From Mobula hypostoma (lineage: Eukaryota), in contig NC_086118.1 of the NCBI RefSeq assembly GCF_963921235.1, positions 16,246,001-16,310,000 of the forward strand: DNA of 64,000 bases. Direction: 5' to 3'. The notes under the pieces were generated by a model. The model made no database searches, was not told the origin of the DNA, and saw only the letters and a program-made list of their open reading frames with translations. Below are positions 13,748 to 26,600 of this stretch, in pieces (the first letter of the stretch is position 1; each line of letters begins with the position of its first letter). A program made the position numbers and the translations under genes.

Positions 13748-15718
13748 TCAGAACATGCTGGAAACCCAAAACACCACACACAAAATACTGGATGAACTCA
13801 GGTCAGGCAGCATCCATGGAAATGAATAAACAGTCGACATTTTAGGCAGAGATACTCAAGAACTGCGAAGGAAGGAGGGAAGATGCTAGAATAAAAAGGA
13901 GGGAGAGAAAGGAGGGAGAGGAAGGAGGGAGAGGAAGGAGGATAGCCAGATGGTGATACGTAAAGCGAGGTGGGCGGGAAGGTCACGGGCTGAAGGAGGA
14001 ATTTGATAGGAGAGGAGAGTGGACCACATGAGAAGAGGAAGGAAGAGGGACCCAGTGGGGAGGTGAAAGGCAGGTGAGAAGAGGCAAGAGACCGGAGTGC
14101 AGAGTAGAAGAGGGGAGAGGGAGAGTAGTTCTTTAATATACCGAAAGGAGAAAATGAAATTAATGACATCAGGTTGCAGGTTATCCATATGGTATACACG
14201 GTGTTTTTTAAAAAATTATTTGAGATACAGCACAGCAAAGACCCTTCCACTCCTTTGAGTCATGCCACCCTGCACCCTTGATTTAACCCTAGCCTAATCA
14301 CAATTTGCAATGACCAATTAACCTACCAGCCAATATAACTTTGGACTCTGGGAAGAAACAGGTGCACCCGAAGAAAACCCACGCAGTAACGGGGGAATGT
14401 ACAAACTCCTTACAAGCAGTGGCAGGAATTGAACCCCAGGTGACAAGTATTGTAAAGCGTTGTGCTAACCACTACACTACCCTTTTGTTCCTCCACCCGG
14501 AGGGTGGCCTCATTGTGGCACAAAAGGCAGTCAAGGACCGACATACCAGAACAGGAATTGGAATCAGAATCAGAATTAAAACGTTTGGCCTCCAGGAAGT
14601 TCCTGCAAAAGAGACTATTCACTTTTCTCAGTTCTTTCATCTCCGTTACATCAATTCCGAGGTTGAGATCCTCCTTTCTAGGACATCAGCATTGTCCTCC
14701 ACTGTCAAAGAACTCAGTTTCCCTTCCTCCACTGCTGAAGCTGCCCTCATCTCATCACCTCCATTTCCCGACCATGTGCACTCACCTCATCTTCCCACTG
14801 GCTTAATGGTGATAGCGTTCCTCTTGTCCTTATCTCCCACCCCAAGAGCCTCCACATCCAACTTCCACCATCTCCGAAGGGATCCCAACATCAATCATCT
14901 TTACTTCGCCCTCTCTGCTTTCCACAGGAATCGGACCCACTGAGATCCCCTTGTCCATTTGTCCCACTCCACTAATTTCCGTCCTTGCATTTATCCCTGC
15001 AAGAGGCCAAAGTGCTACACCTGCCCAATCACCTCCTCCCTCACCTCTATTCTGGGCCCCAAAAAGGCCTTCCAGGTGAGGCAACACTTCACCTGCAAAT
15101 CTGCTGGGGCCGCCTACTGTGTCTGGTGCCACTGGTGCAGCTTCCTCTACATTGGTGAGACCCGTCATAAATTGGAGGATCTGCTGCACTCCATCCATGA
15201 AAAAGCAGATCTTCTCAGCGGCCAATCATTTTAATTCTGATTACCATTCCAACATGTAGGTCCATGGTCTCTTCATGCCAAGATGAGGCCACCTTCAGGG
15301 TGGAGGATAACACATGATATTTCATCTGGATAGCCTCCAAACTAATGGCATGAATATCAAATTCACATTCTGGTACAAAAAACCCTCCCCCCTTCTTCAA
15401 TTCCCCACTCTGGCCTCTTACCTCTTCTCACCGGCCTATCAGCTCTCCCTCTGCCCCCCCCCCAACCTCTCCGGGTCCCCTTCTTCCTTTTCTCCTATGG
15501 TTTACTCTCCTCTTCTATCAGATTCCTCGCTCTCCAGCCCTTTCCTACCCATCTAGCTTCACCTGTCACACTCCGTCATCCTCCCCCCCCCCCATCTTTT
15601 TATTTTGGCATCTTCCCTCCTTCCTCTCCAGTCCTGAAGGGTCTCAGTCCAAAACAAACTGTTCACTTCCATAGATACTGCCTGACCTGCTGAGTTCCTC
15701 AATTATTTTGTGTGTGTG
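13748..15718 (+). mobile_element. Penelope-like element (Neptune-type), 5'-truncated, with an inverted pLTR arm at ~13748-14606
   Basis: Plus strand: YPCKRPKCYTC Cys linker and GIY-YIG remnant FQVRQHFTCKSAGAAYCVWC...LYIGETR (14959-15234), then a pyrimidine-rich pLTR. The left arm is the same 3' region in reverse orientation. Confidence 0.8.
14203..14482 (-). mobile_element. tRNA-derived SINE (V-SINE/HE1-like) inside the inverted pLTR arm
   Basis: Minus-strand A box (GGTAGTGTAGTGGTTAGC), B box (GGTTCAATTCC), central GCGTGGGTTTTCTTCGGGTGC core and CR1-like tail. Confidence 0.7.
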
Positions 15719-16023
15719 GGCACGAGGCCAAGTGGTTAAGGCATTGGACTAGCCACCTGAAGGTTGTGAGTTCGAGCCCCAGCTGAGGGAACGTGTTGTG
15801 TCCTTGAGAAGGCACTTAATCATACATTGCACTGCGACAACACTGGTGCCAAGCTTTATGGGTCCTAATGCCCTTCCCTTGGACAACATCTGTGCTATGG
15901 AGAGGGGAGACTTGCAGCATGGGCAACTGCTGGTCTTCCATACAACCTTGCCCAGGCCCGCACCCTGGAGAGTGAAGACTTTCCAGGTGCAGATCCATGG
16001 TCTCACAAGACTAACAGATGCCT
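15718..16023 (+). mobile_element. tRNA-derived SINE with a CORE-like central motif
   Basis: A box GGCCAAGTGGTTAAGG, B box GAGTTCGAGCC, then GTGTCCTTGAGAAGGCACTTAA; ~305 bp. Confidence 0.7.
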
Positions 16024-18273
16024 AAATTGCTACGTATATTAGGTAGCAAAACTGATATTTTATGATTGAGATGGTGATTCATTAGGTTAAAAACTAAACA
16101 GGCAAAGGAACTGAGCTACAGAGGATTGAAAGTGTAATGGAATGGAGGAACAAGTCATTTAGTAAAATTAAATTTGGAAATATACATAGCTCTGGGCCAG
16201 AACAGGCTACTCCTACTCCCAATTCAATGGGTTCACACTATAGTTTCTACGAATTTCTCACAACTAAAGCATTGTTATTCAATTTATTTACAATCAAAAT
16301 ACAAACCACAACAATCTGAAGAGACATACACAAGGGCATGTATCATTATGCATTCAGTAAATATTACAATTTAAAAATAAATCCTTTAAAATACACAGTA
16401 TTTGTCCAAGTTGAAGTAGACCATATTCAAGTACAGCTTAAGATACAAATTAGACAGTCTGTATTCTATTAATCTAGCAATGTCACATCCAGGTTGACTG
16501 GTATTATTTAAAAGGCAGGTAACATGCAAATTCATTTTAAGGAACATTAAATTTGAGAATTTCCCCCAATTTTCATTTCTTGTTAAACATAATGAAGTCA
16601 GATTACTGTAAGATTATTTTGAAAAAGTAATAACCCGCATGCTACTCTGATCTAAAAATCCAACAGTTTTAAAGTAGTCAAGGTATCTTACAGAGTGCAG
16701 TTTTATCCACATACAAATGAAAATATCTCCACTTTTGATACTGCAGAAATCAATAGCATTATCTTCAACATAGATGATTACATGGTTTTCATTTATTCCA
16801 ATTGGATGAACTACAACATTTTGCAAAAACAATGCAATCTTTAAAAATAGGAATTCATATATGTCAACTACCTAAGTCAAGTTCAGCATAAAGAGAAATA
16901 TATCACAATAAACTAGCGTGGAGCAAAATAATTGACAATAACAGCAAACGTGATACATCTATGACAAATTCAAACAGGTGTTACACAAAAGCAATACTTC
17001 CAATAATAAGTTCTCATAAGAATGAACATTTTACAGTAATTGTCACTGACATGTTATGCACAACAAAATGCAACTTGCAAATTGGCTTTCCTTTCAGAAA
17101 GTTGATTATAACTGATACTGATACATATTTGTTTAATAATAATGGAACTTCCAGGATTTGCACCATTATAAGAGTATAGGAAGACATGCCGGCTTCATAT
17201 CCAACAACTTATTGCCTATGCAATTCTACAATTCTCTAATAACTGGATCAATTGATACATTACCCTTTTTAAACTATGCCAACCAATGCTACTACAATTT
17301 AAAGGAGTTAAAAGTGTAGAGATTCAAAACCTGTGTTGGTATTATCAATAGTTAGAAAAATCTGCATTGAGTAGAACATAACTTATTTTCATCATTATCA
17401 GTATTTCCATCAGTTTAAGATGTAAAGGATTTTCATTTCACATCAACATTAAAGACACTCAAGACCTACTCATTGCTAAATCTAATGAGTACTGTCATAG
17501 AAGGTGTCTCATACTACTGACAAAAACTATTAATAAAAGTGTGCAAATTTACCTGACGTTTATTTACTTATTGGGATGGGTCTCCCAGGTTGGTGTTCTA
17601 AGTAATTATACTATTGTACCTAAAGTCTTCAAACACATACAACCTCCCTAAACAAGATAATTCACGTTCCAACAAGGAAGGCAGAAAATGAAGTAAAACA
17701 GTGAACAAATTGCTTGCTTTGAGTGTCAACATTATAGCCATAAGTGCATGCGCTCCTAAATTGCTAGCTTGAGTTTTTATGATCATACACACAAAAAAAG
17801 AGGAAAAACAAATACCATAAAAATGTTCAAACAAAAAAAATTGCTTCTTTCTAAAAGGGTAATTTAGAAAGAAGCTATTAAAGCTATTAAATCTTACTAG
17901 CTTTGAGAAGCTTTAAGCTAAACAAAACCACCAGATATAAAATCCTGAACTTTACTCTTTAGAAAAAGACACTCTTAGGAAAGCTAAGGTCAATCTTTTG
18001 AACTGATGTCATTCTCGTTGATCACGGCCATCTCCATAACTCAATTCTATAACCGCGGATGGACTTTAGTTGGACAAGAGTAGTAATCTGTTTCAGCGTT
18101 TTCAACTGATCTCACTTTCACAAAACAGTTCTAGATTTCCACAACTAGTTTCCAGTAATATGCTCTTGCCCAAAGATGTCTTCTCTTTCTACTCAAAAAT
18201 TTACTTAATCATCTTAATCTCCAATCATCCCTTCATTTCCTATAATCCAGGTTTTTAAAAATTCATAAACGTG

Positions 18274-18361
18274 ACTGCTGAAGGAGGATCTGGGCCTGAA
18301 ATAGCAACTGTATACACTTTTCCATAGATGCTGCCTGACCTGCTGCATTCTGTGCATTGCT
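18274..18361 (+). mobile_element. Degenerate pLTR tip fragment
   Basis: ccatagatgctgcctgacctgctg matches the other pLTR copies. Confidence 0.6.
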
Positions 18362-19591
18362 TTAAAAAAATTGTCTACATAACTTGTCCAGATAATTTAA
18401 TTACTCTATGCAGGAAATTTGATGTTTGCCCCTTCCTTATCCATTACATTCTTCCCAAAGTGTGGTGCTGGCAGAGTTGAATACAGTATTTTCAAAGTTT
18501 GAAGTAAATTTAATACCAAAGTACATATACATCACCATATACAACCCTGAGATTCACTGTCTTGAGAGCATACTCATGAAATTCATAATAACCATAACAG
18601 AATCAATGAAAAGCTGCACCAACTTAGACATTCATGTAGCGTGTAAAAGACAAACACGGCAGTATATAAAAAAAGGAAATAATTATAATAAATAAATAAG
18701 CAGTAAATACTGAGAACATGAGATAAAAAATCCTTGAAAGTGAGTTCATAGGTTTTGGAAACATTAAGGATGAGGCAAGTGAAGTTACCCCTGATGGTTG
18801 AGGGATCATAACTTTTTCTGAACCTGGTGGTATGAGTTCTGAAGTTCCTGTACCTTCTTCCTGATGACAACAGCAAGAAGAGAGCATGTCCTGGGTGGTG
18901 GGGGTCCCTGATGATGGATGTGGCTTTCCTGCGACAGCATTTCATGCTCAATGGTAGGAAGGGCTTTAACCGTGATTGACCGGGCCATATCCACAAATAT
19001 TTATAGGATTTTTTGTTCAAGGGCATTGTTGTTTTCATACCAGGCTGTGATGCAGCCAGCCAACAGACTCTCCACGACACATTTATAGAAGTTTGTTAAA
19101 GTTTTAGATGTCATGCCAAATCTTCACCAGCTCCTAAGGAAGTATAGATGCTGCTGTGCTTTCTTCATAATTGTACTTACATGCTGGGCCCAGGAGGTCC
19201 TCTGAAATAATAACACCAAGGAATTTAAAGTTACTGACCCCTTTCACCTGTGATCCTCCGATGAAGGAAGGCTCATGGACCACTGCTTTCCTTCTGAAGT
19301 CAATAATCAGTTCCTTGGTCTTACTGACATTAAGATATTAGGCAACACACACAAAATGTTGGAGGAAATCAGCAGGACAGGCAGTATCTACGGAAAAGAG
19401 TAAACAGTAGACATTTCAGACCGAGACTCTCTGTCAGGGCCTGAAAAAAAAAGACGACACTCACCACCACTTTCAATTTAGCCTATGACAGTGGTGTCGT
19501 CAGCAAACTTGAATATTGCATTGGAGCTGTGCTTAGCAACACAGTCATTAGTGTAAAGTAGAGTGGGGTGCTAAGCAAACAGCCTTGTGGT

Positions 19592-21091
19592 CAATGTTCC
19601 CTCTAATTTTCAGTCCTCAGTGTGCGCAATAATCTTATGTTCTGCAAATGTTTTTCCTGTGACGAAAATATGTGCGCACTGAATGCACACATGGTACAGT
19701 TTATGTAGGTTCAGAAAATATTTGACATAAAACTGCACAAAATAACAAAATAACATACATATTTAAGTCACTCAGTTATTTTTTCTCTCTCCTGTCTTTG
19801 GCATTTCCCCATTCTTTGTAAACTCTATCTAGACTAATAGAACTTCCATCCAATTGATAGCTTTTGATTCTCATTAACATATCCAAATGACATTCACCTA
19901 AACAGTTTCTCACCTTGTTTGAGTTGATTCATTAGAAACATAGAAAATAGGTGCAGGAGTAGGCCATTCGGCCCTTCGAGCCTGCACCACCATTTATTAT
20001 GATCATGGCTGATCCTCCAACTCAGAACCCCGCCCCAGCCTTCCCTCCATACCCTCTGACCCCCATAGCCACAAGGGCCATATCTAACTCCCTCTTAAAT
20101 ATAGCCAATGAACTGGCCTCAACTGTTTCCTGTGGCAGAGAATTCCACAGGTTCACCACTCTCTGTGTGAAGAAGTTTTTCCTAATCTCGGTCCTAAAAG
20201 GCTTCCCCTCTATCCTCAAACTGTGGCCCCTCGTTCTGGACTTCCCCAACATCGGGAACAATCTTCCTGCATCTAGCCTGTCCAATCCCTTTAGGATCTT
20301 ATACGTTTCAATCAGATCCCCCCTCAATCTTCTAAATTCCAACGAGTACAAGCCCAGTTCATCCAGTCTTTCTTCATATGAAAGTCCTGCCATCCCAGGA
20401 ATCAATCTGGTGAACCTTCTTTGTACTCCCTCTATGGCAAGGATGTCTTTCCTCAGCCCGCACTAGACGCAAGAAAACCTCACTGACAGTCCGCACTAGA
20501 CGCAAGAAAGTTTCCCTCAATGTCCATCAACTGTGCAAGGTCGCAAAACTGTTCATTTTGAAGTACAAATCCCACCATTTGAGCAAAGTTTGAAATCAGT
20601 TTGGATTTAATTTTTTCTTGCACGGAAAATCTGAAATCATTAAACTATCTAACTATTACAATATTTTCAGCTAGAAGATCATGATATTTTAGGCATAAGG
20701 CATGAACTTGTTCTTCGCCAAATGTGAAGTCACAATCTGCAATTGTGGAGAAATCAAAAGCTGACCATTCTTGTACATCATCTTCAGGAAACCTTTCTTC
20801 TAAATGAACACAGACTATTTATAAAAGTTAACTGAACTTCTATCTACTGTGACATTTTCTTCACGTTGTTGGCTTAGCAAAACTTTAACTTTGTCACTCC
20901 ACGAAACATTGTCTTGTTAATTTTGCCTCACGTAAAATGAAGTGAATCAATTGGTGTTAGGCCACTCTTTTGCAGAATCTTGCACAGCACAGCCAGTTCA
21001 TCAAAGACATCACTTCTGTGCGCACATTAATTTCCTTTGTGCGCAGGTTGAAAAACAATTGGCACACGCGCACAGCTTAGAGGGAACATAG
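19592..21091 (-). mobile_element. Internally deleted hAT DNA transposon
   Basis: TIRs CAATGTTCCCTCTAA / TTAGAGGGAACATAG; 8 bp TSD cttgtggt (19584-91) / cttatagt (21092-99). Minus-strand remnant LQNEQFCDLAQLMDI..TFLASSADC fits the hAT C-terminal dimerisation region. Confidence 0.8.
19933..20456 (-). mobile_element. Young 5'-truncated CR1 inside the hAT element
   Basis: Open ORF 20022-20405 (LSYEERLDELGLYSLEFRRLRGDLIETYKI...FFTQRVVNLWNSLP) and a ttctatgtttcta tail. Confidence 0.9.
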
Positions 21092-22116
21092 CTTATAGTG
21101 CACCTGTGCCAATGGAGATCACGGAGATGATGTTCTCAATCCAAATTGACTGCGTCTGCAAGGAGGAAGTCGAGGATCCAATTGTGCAAGGAGGTATTGA
21201 GGCCACTAGATTATTGATTAGTTTTGAGAGGATGATGGTATTGAATGCTGAGCTACAGTCAATAAAGAGCATCCTGATGTGTACATCTTTGCTGTCCAGA
21301 TGTTCCAGGGTTGAGTGAAGAGCCAATGAGATGGAATCTGCTGTGAACCTGCTGCTCTGGTAGGCAAATCGGAGCAGATCCAAGTCGATTCAACTCCTGC
21401 CTGAAAAATGCTTCATCACCAATCTCTCATAACACTGCGTCACAGTGGATGTAAGTGCTGCTGGATGATACTCATTGAGACAGGTCACCATATTCTTCTT
21501 AGGCACTGGTATAATTGAAGCCCGCTTGAAGCCTCAGATTGCTGAAGCAAGAGGTCAAAGATCTCAGTAGACACTCCAGTCAGTTGATCAGCAGGTGTCT
21601 TTAGTACTTCCTATTCATTGGCTTTCTATCAATCATCTTCAAATACTTTTCATTAAATTTAAAGTTCCTTTGGCCATTTTTGAATCATACAAACTAAAAT
21701 TGATCTTTAGATATGTGAACACCACAGCCTTTATTAGCTCTGTTAAATTACATTGGAGTTCAATGCATTTCCTCATGCCACTGAAACATCACAGGACATT
21801 TTCTACATTAAAAATAAATATTAATGGGAAGTAGTGCTGTCCATGAAGGGGGCATGACAATTAATAAGTTTGGCTTGAGCTGAAGCAGAGTTTGCAAAGC
21901 ATATCCACCCAACTGAAATGAAATATGGTTTGACACATAAAGGAAAAAAATCAATATGCATACAAAATTATATTATTTTTGTGAAAATTATTCTCTTGAA
22001 AAAGTCCAAATGAAAAGGAATCTTCTGTTTTAAGAAATCGAGGATCTAAAAATTCCCAATAAGGTCAATGTTAACCTTAATTCTCCATTAATTTGAGAAA
22101 CGAATCATACTAAGTA

Positions 22117-23635
22117 CAGGTGTCCCCCGCTTTTCGATCGTTCGCTTTACGAAACCTCACTGATATGAAAGACCTACATTAGTACCCTGTTTTCGCCAAC
22201 AGAAGGTATTTTCACTGTTATGAAAAAAGCAGCGTGCGAAAAAAAATCAGTACGCGATAAAAGGCAGCGTGCAAAAAAAATCAGCACGCGATAAAAGGTA
22301 GTGCGCGTCTCGAGCAGCCGCCCTCCCCCGGATTCGGAATGGCATTCTAGCCGGCATTGTTTCAACACATGCCTGTGAGCAGCCATTAGCAAGATGAGAT
22401 CTAAGGTATCGGAAAAGCCTGAAAGAGCTTGTAAGGATGCTACACTTAGCGTAAAACTAGACATAATTAAGCCTTTTGATCGTGGTGAATGAAGTAAGAA
22501 CTAAGTGAGTTTGGCTTGTGGATGCTTATGAAGACGATGCTGAAGAGGTTTTGGCATCCCATGACCAAGAACTGATAGATGAAGAGCTGATTCAATTGGA
22601 AGCGGAAAGGATAACAATCGAAACCGAATGAGTAATGATAAAGTACGACTTTAATTTTGAAAGGGTATGTCGGTTTAGGGGATATTTGCAGGATGGTTTG
22701 AGTGCTTACAAAGAACTGTATGATAGAAAAACGCACGAGGCTCAGCAGTCAAGCCTTCCACATCAGCCACAGCAGACGACGAACCTCGACCTTCGACATC
22801 GAGGCGGGCAGAGATAGGAGAAGGTGAGCTGCATGCTCTAATGGAAACAGACGATGATGAGATGACACCCCAGTGTCCCACCACCCCAACACCCAGGCCG
22901 CAAACAGTTACCGATTCGCGGAAAAATGCAGCAGTAGCCAGGAGACACACAGTACATCTTTAAGAAAAAAGCCGAAATAAACATGCCAATTAATTACGTG
23001 CTGGGCAGCACCTAATTAATTAGCTTATTTATTTCGGCTTTTCTCTTAAAGATGTGCTGTGTGTCTCCCGGCTACAGCTGGTCCCCTGCATGCTTCGCGG
23101 CAATGTACTGGTTCGCAGCCTGGAGGGTGGGGGGCCGCTGCACCACCCCAACCTTCGACTCAGCCTAACACATCATCATCAGTGTACTCGACGCTGTCCT
23201 AATTCCAGTAAGTGATAGTACACTGTACATACATTATTTCTACTTTATATCGGCTATGTATTTTTACCTGTTATTTGGTATGATTTGGCAGCTTCATAGC
23301 TTAAAGGTTACTGGACAGCGCTTGCGCATGTTTTTGCCGACGGCGCTGCGTGAGATTTTCGTTATGGAGAACAGTTCAGGCAATGATTGTGGAAAAGTAT
23401 TTCTACTTTATATTAGCTGTGTATTTATCATATCATTCCTGCTTTTACTATATGTTACTGCTATTTTAGGTTTGATGTGTTATTTGGCATGATTTGGTAG
23501 GTTACCTTTGGGTCTGTGAACGCTCACAAAATTTCCCCATATAAATAATTGGTAATTGCTTCTTCGTTTTACGACATTCCGGCTTACGAACCATTTCATA
23601 GGAACACTCTACCTTCGGATGGCGGGGGAAACCTG
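22117..23635 (+). mobile_element. Internally deleted Tigger (pogo) DNA transposon
   Basis: TIRs CAGGTGTCCCCCGC / GCGGGGGAAACCTG with TA duplications (22115-16, 23636-37). N-terminal HTH remnant TLSVKLDIIK.FDRGE joined to acidic C-terminal EEVLASHDQELIDEELIQLE; no DDE domain. CpG-rich, so relatively young. Confidence 0.85.
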
Positions 23636-26600
23636 TATTCAAATTCAGGAGTTTTTCCTCATAAATAAATCAAATATATTTTGAATTTTGTCTTTAAATT
23701 TTACATAGTGTGAATATTCAATACATACCTTGCAGTAGCCAAACAGAAATTAAAAGAAATAACATTTTAATAGTCATATAATGCATTAGATTAACACTGG
23801 ATGGATAAATTAATATTAATTTGACAATTCCTGTGAATGCTAAAATATACCTTTGTACATTTGATTCAACATTTGGTGACTGCTTTTCTACCGGTAGTGG
23901 TTTTTCTTATTAAAAAAACCATGCTCCCAAAAATATTTCTTAAGCACTAAAATTTCTAATTCTGGTGCAACCTGCACGGTGGCATCATTTACAATTATCA
24001 GCAGCCTTCAGAACCAGCAAAATCATCAAATGACTGAGCAGCCAATGAGACCAATGAATTCCAAGTAGTAGAAAACCAAGAGAAGAAAATTTTAACAGCA
24101 GAAAACAGTTAATTAAAATTGAGCCAATATTCAGCATTAAGTTAGCAAATTAAATGCATTTTTAGAAATTTTAATCAATATTTTAAGCATGGAATGGTAG
24201 GAACAATGTAACACACACATAAGAGTAATTAACAAAGATAACAAATTATATGACATAAACCAGTGATATTACCCCTGATTCTGGATTATGCCGGGCCAGA
24301 GATTGTATGCTACTTTAAAAACTTGAGCAGCAAGACTCAACTTCTGGTTGGCATGAAAACCATGTTAAAAGCTTGAAGTACACATCAAATCATGACTGCA
24401 ACAGCAAATCTTAACAAGAAGCAGATTATATGATTCAATTATTATATTTAATGGCACATAACAAGAGTTAGTTTCATTTTCACACAATGACGATGGCAAT
24501 TCTCATCACTATCCTTAAACGCACATTGCAAACCAACGCGTCTTTTTTGATTGACTAAATTATTATTTAGAGCTAGGTGTGGGCTGGTTTCCTACATTGA
24601 GAATTTTGGATATATGATAGGTATTGATTTTAGGTATGGCTCAGTCAGTGGTTGTATCTGGTGAAACCCCACAAGTTACAAACATTCAATATTCTTCACT
24701 TGATAAGCAGAAATGTGCTGTCAAATAAAAAAAACAGCCTGCAGTAGTCTTGTGTGCCTCTGATGCTTTTCCTTTTGGCTTCATGCAACTTATGTAAGCA
24801 TAATATTTGATTTTCCAATTTTGCATGCCTATAGCAGAAGTCTGATAAGATTCTAAATGGGCAGAACCTGCATAGTAATCATTCTTCAGCATCACTGTAT
24901 TGGAATCTACTATAAGATAGCTGAGGTTGTGCTGCTTAGTTTAAATTTTGTTCTAGATTGTCACTGAGCATTTCATCAATGCCTAAAAAAATTGCAAATG
25001 TCCAAATTTGCATGCTTCTAAAATCTATGTGAAGATAGATGTTATTCTCAGAATATTGCTGTGATTTGGTACACCCATGCTACAATACTTTGTGATTGAA
25101 AAGTCAATGTTGAAAGGACACAACTTCATCCAGACTATATGTTGCTACTGGTGATTTTTGGTGATGAGACTATCAAATGGCACAGATGCCTCGTTGGTTA
25201 CAACTTTTGATGAGGATTCAGTTTTCCCATTGGACTACAAGTACATTTGTCACTGTGCATCACAGTTTAAAGTCAAAGGGATTCTACTTCAAAAGCTTAT
25301 TTACCTTGCACTGGCAAAAAGTTGTAGTTTGTTTGGCTAAACACCTAGCTCTAAACAATATCTGAATGGCAAAGCCCAACTTTTCAAAAAAGGGGGACAA
25401 GTTTTAAATAAGTCTTTTTGATAAGGCTCATTATATACATTTGAGAGGTTTTATCTTAGTTGCTAGAAAGTACAAATATTGAAAATGCAGCTGTGTCAAA
25501 AATCATTTAACATTTTAGCTCAACAATTCTTCCTCAGATCTGGAAGAGCAGAGGTGTTAGTCTTCACAGTTGTGGAGAGGAGCTTCAAGCATTTCAGTTT
25601 ATTTTTCAAGATTCCAACACTTAGTTTTATTTACTCTCTCTCAGTTGCTGCCTTTCAAACTTTGTAAAGCCTCTTGTGTTTGTAGTTTCACCTTCAATGC
25701 CACACACCAGCCCTTGCCTCTCACATCTCTCAAGTGCCTTTAGATCTTAAACAGATTTGTTTTTTTTGCCCCAAATAAATAATTTTCACTAAAGTTTGAG
25801 TCTGACATTAGTTAATGCAAATCCCTATATTTACATTCACAAATCATAATACTTTTAATTCCTGCAAACTACATGCTCTTGGGTTCAATATCAGATGTTT
25901 TCCTGAAAGGAAGTCAGCTTTTGAAACACTTTATCCTTAAAAACTAAGTAAACCCATTTCCTTAAACAAGGCACTGTATTTATCCCTTTCTTCAACAAGT
26001 CTTTGCAAGTATAAATGAACTAATATCCAGGAATTTTGAAAGCAATTAACTTGCATTAATTATTGATCACATTTATTTTAATTTTGAAGCCACAGACTTT
26101 AGCTCTGATAAAAAGTAGTTAAATTCATTCAATGTGTAAAACTGATCTCACCTGGATTTAGAGAAAATGGCATCAGAAGGTCAATGATAACTCACTGTTC
26201 TATTGCAATATATGTAGTGATCAATAGAACTGGAAGATTCAAGTTTGATTCTCTTATTTCAGTTGATCTTAGTTGGTGTTATGTTCTAAGATTAAGTTAG
26301 CATCTATGCATTTTGGCTGAGAAATGTATCTGCTTTGTTATTTTCATAGCACACAAGAACAAAATTAAGTTTAGCTGTTTTATGTTCTGTGGTTAACTAA
26401 CATATAACACATTGTCATAGCTCTCAAATAAATGATGGCTGCTTGGTTAAAGTGCTAGACTGTGCTTTGAGTTTATGTAACTGCACCTTGATGAGGACAC
26501 CAACTCCACAGCAAAGATACAGGTATTAAGAAACATCAGCATTCCAGAATCACTCAGAAGTGAAAATGAAAAAAAGCTGAAATTATAAATACCACATGTA

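Larger units (their letters stand above)
18495..21612 (-). mobile_element. Rex1/Babar-type LINE, interrupted by a pLTR (~19341-19445) and a hAT element (19592-21091)
   Basis: RT remnants FAYQSSRFTADSISLALHSTLEHLD...RMLFIDCSSAFNTI (21093-21383) and C-terminal IIRDPHHPGHALFLLLSSGRRYR (18583-19080). Confidence 0.8.

Noticed and set aside
14341..14943. 200 aa ORF
   Set aside because: Chance read-through across the SINE, the inverted pLTR arm and the Penelope body.
15718..15790. tRNA gene
   Set aside because: A and B boxes are present, but I could not fold a complete cloverleaf and the sequence continues into a SINE body.
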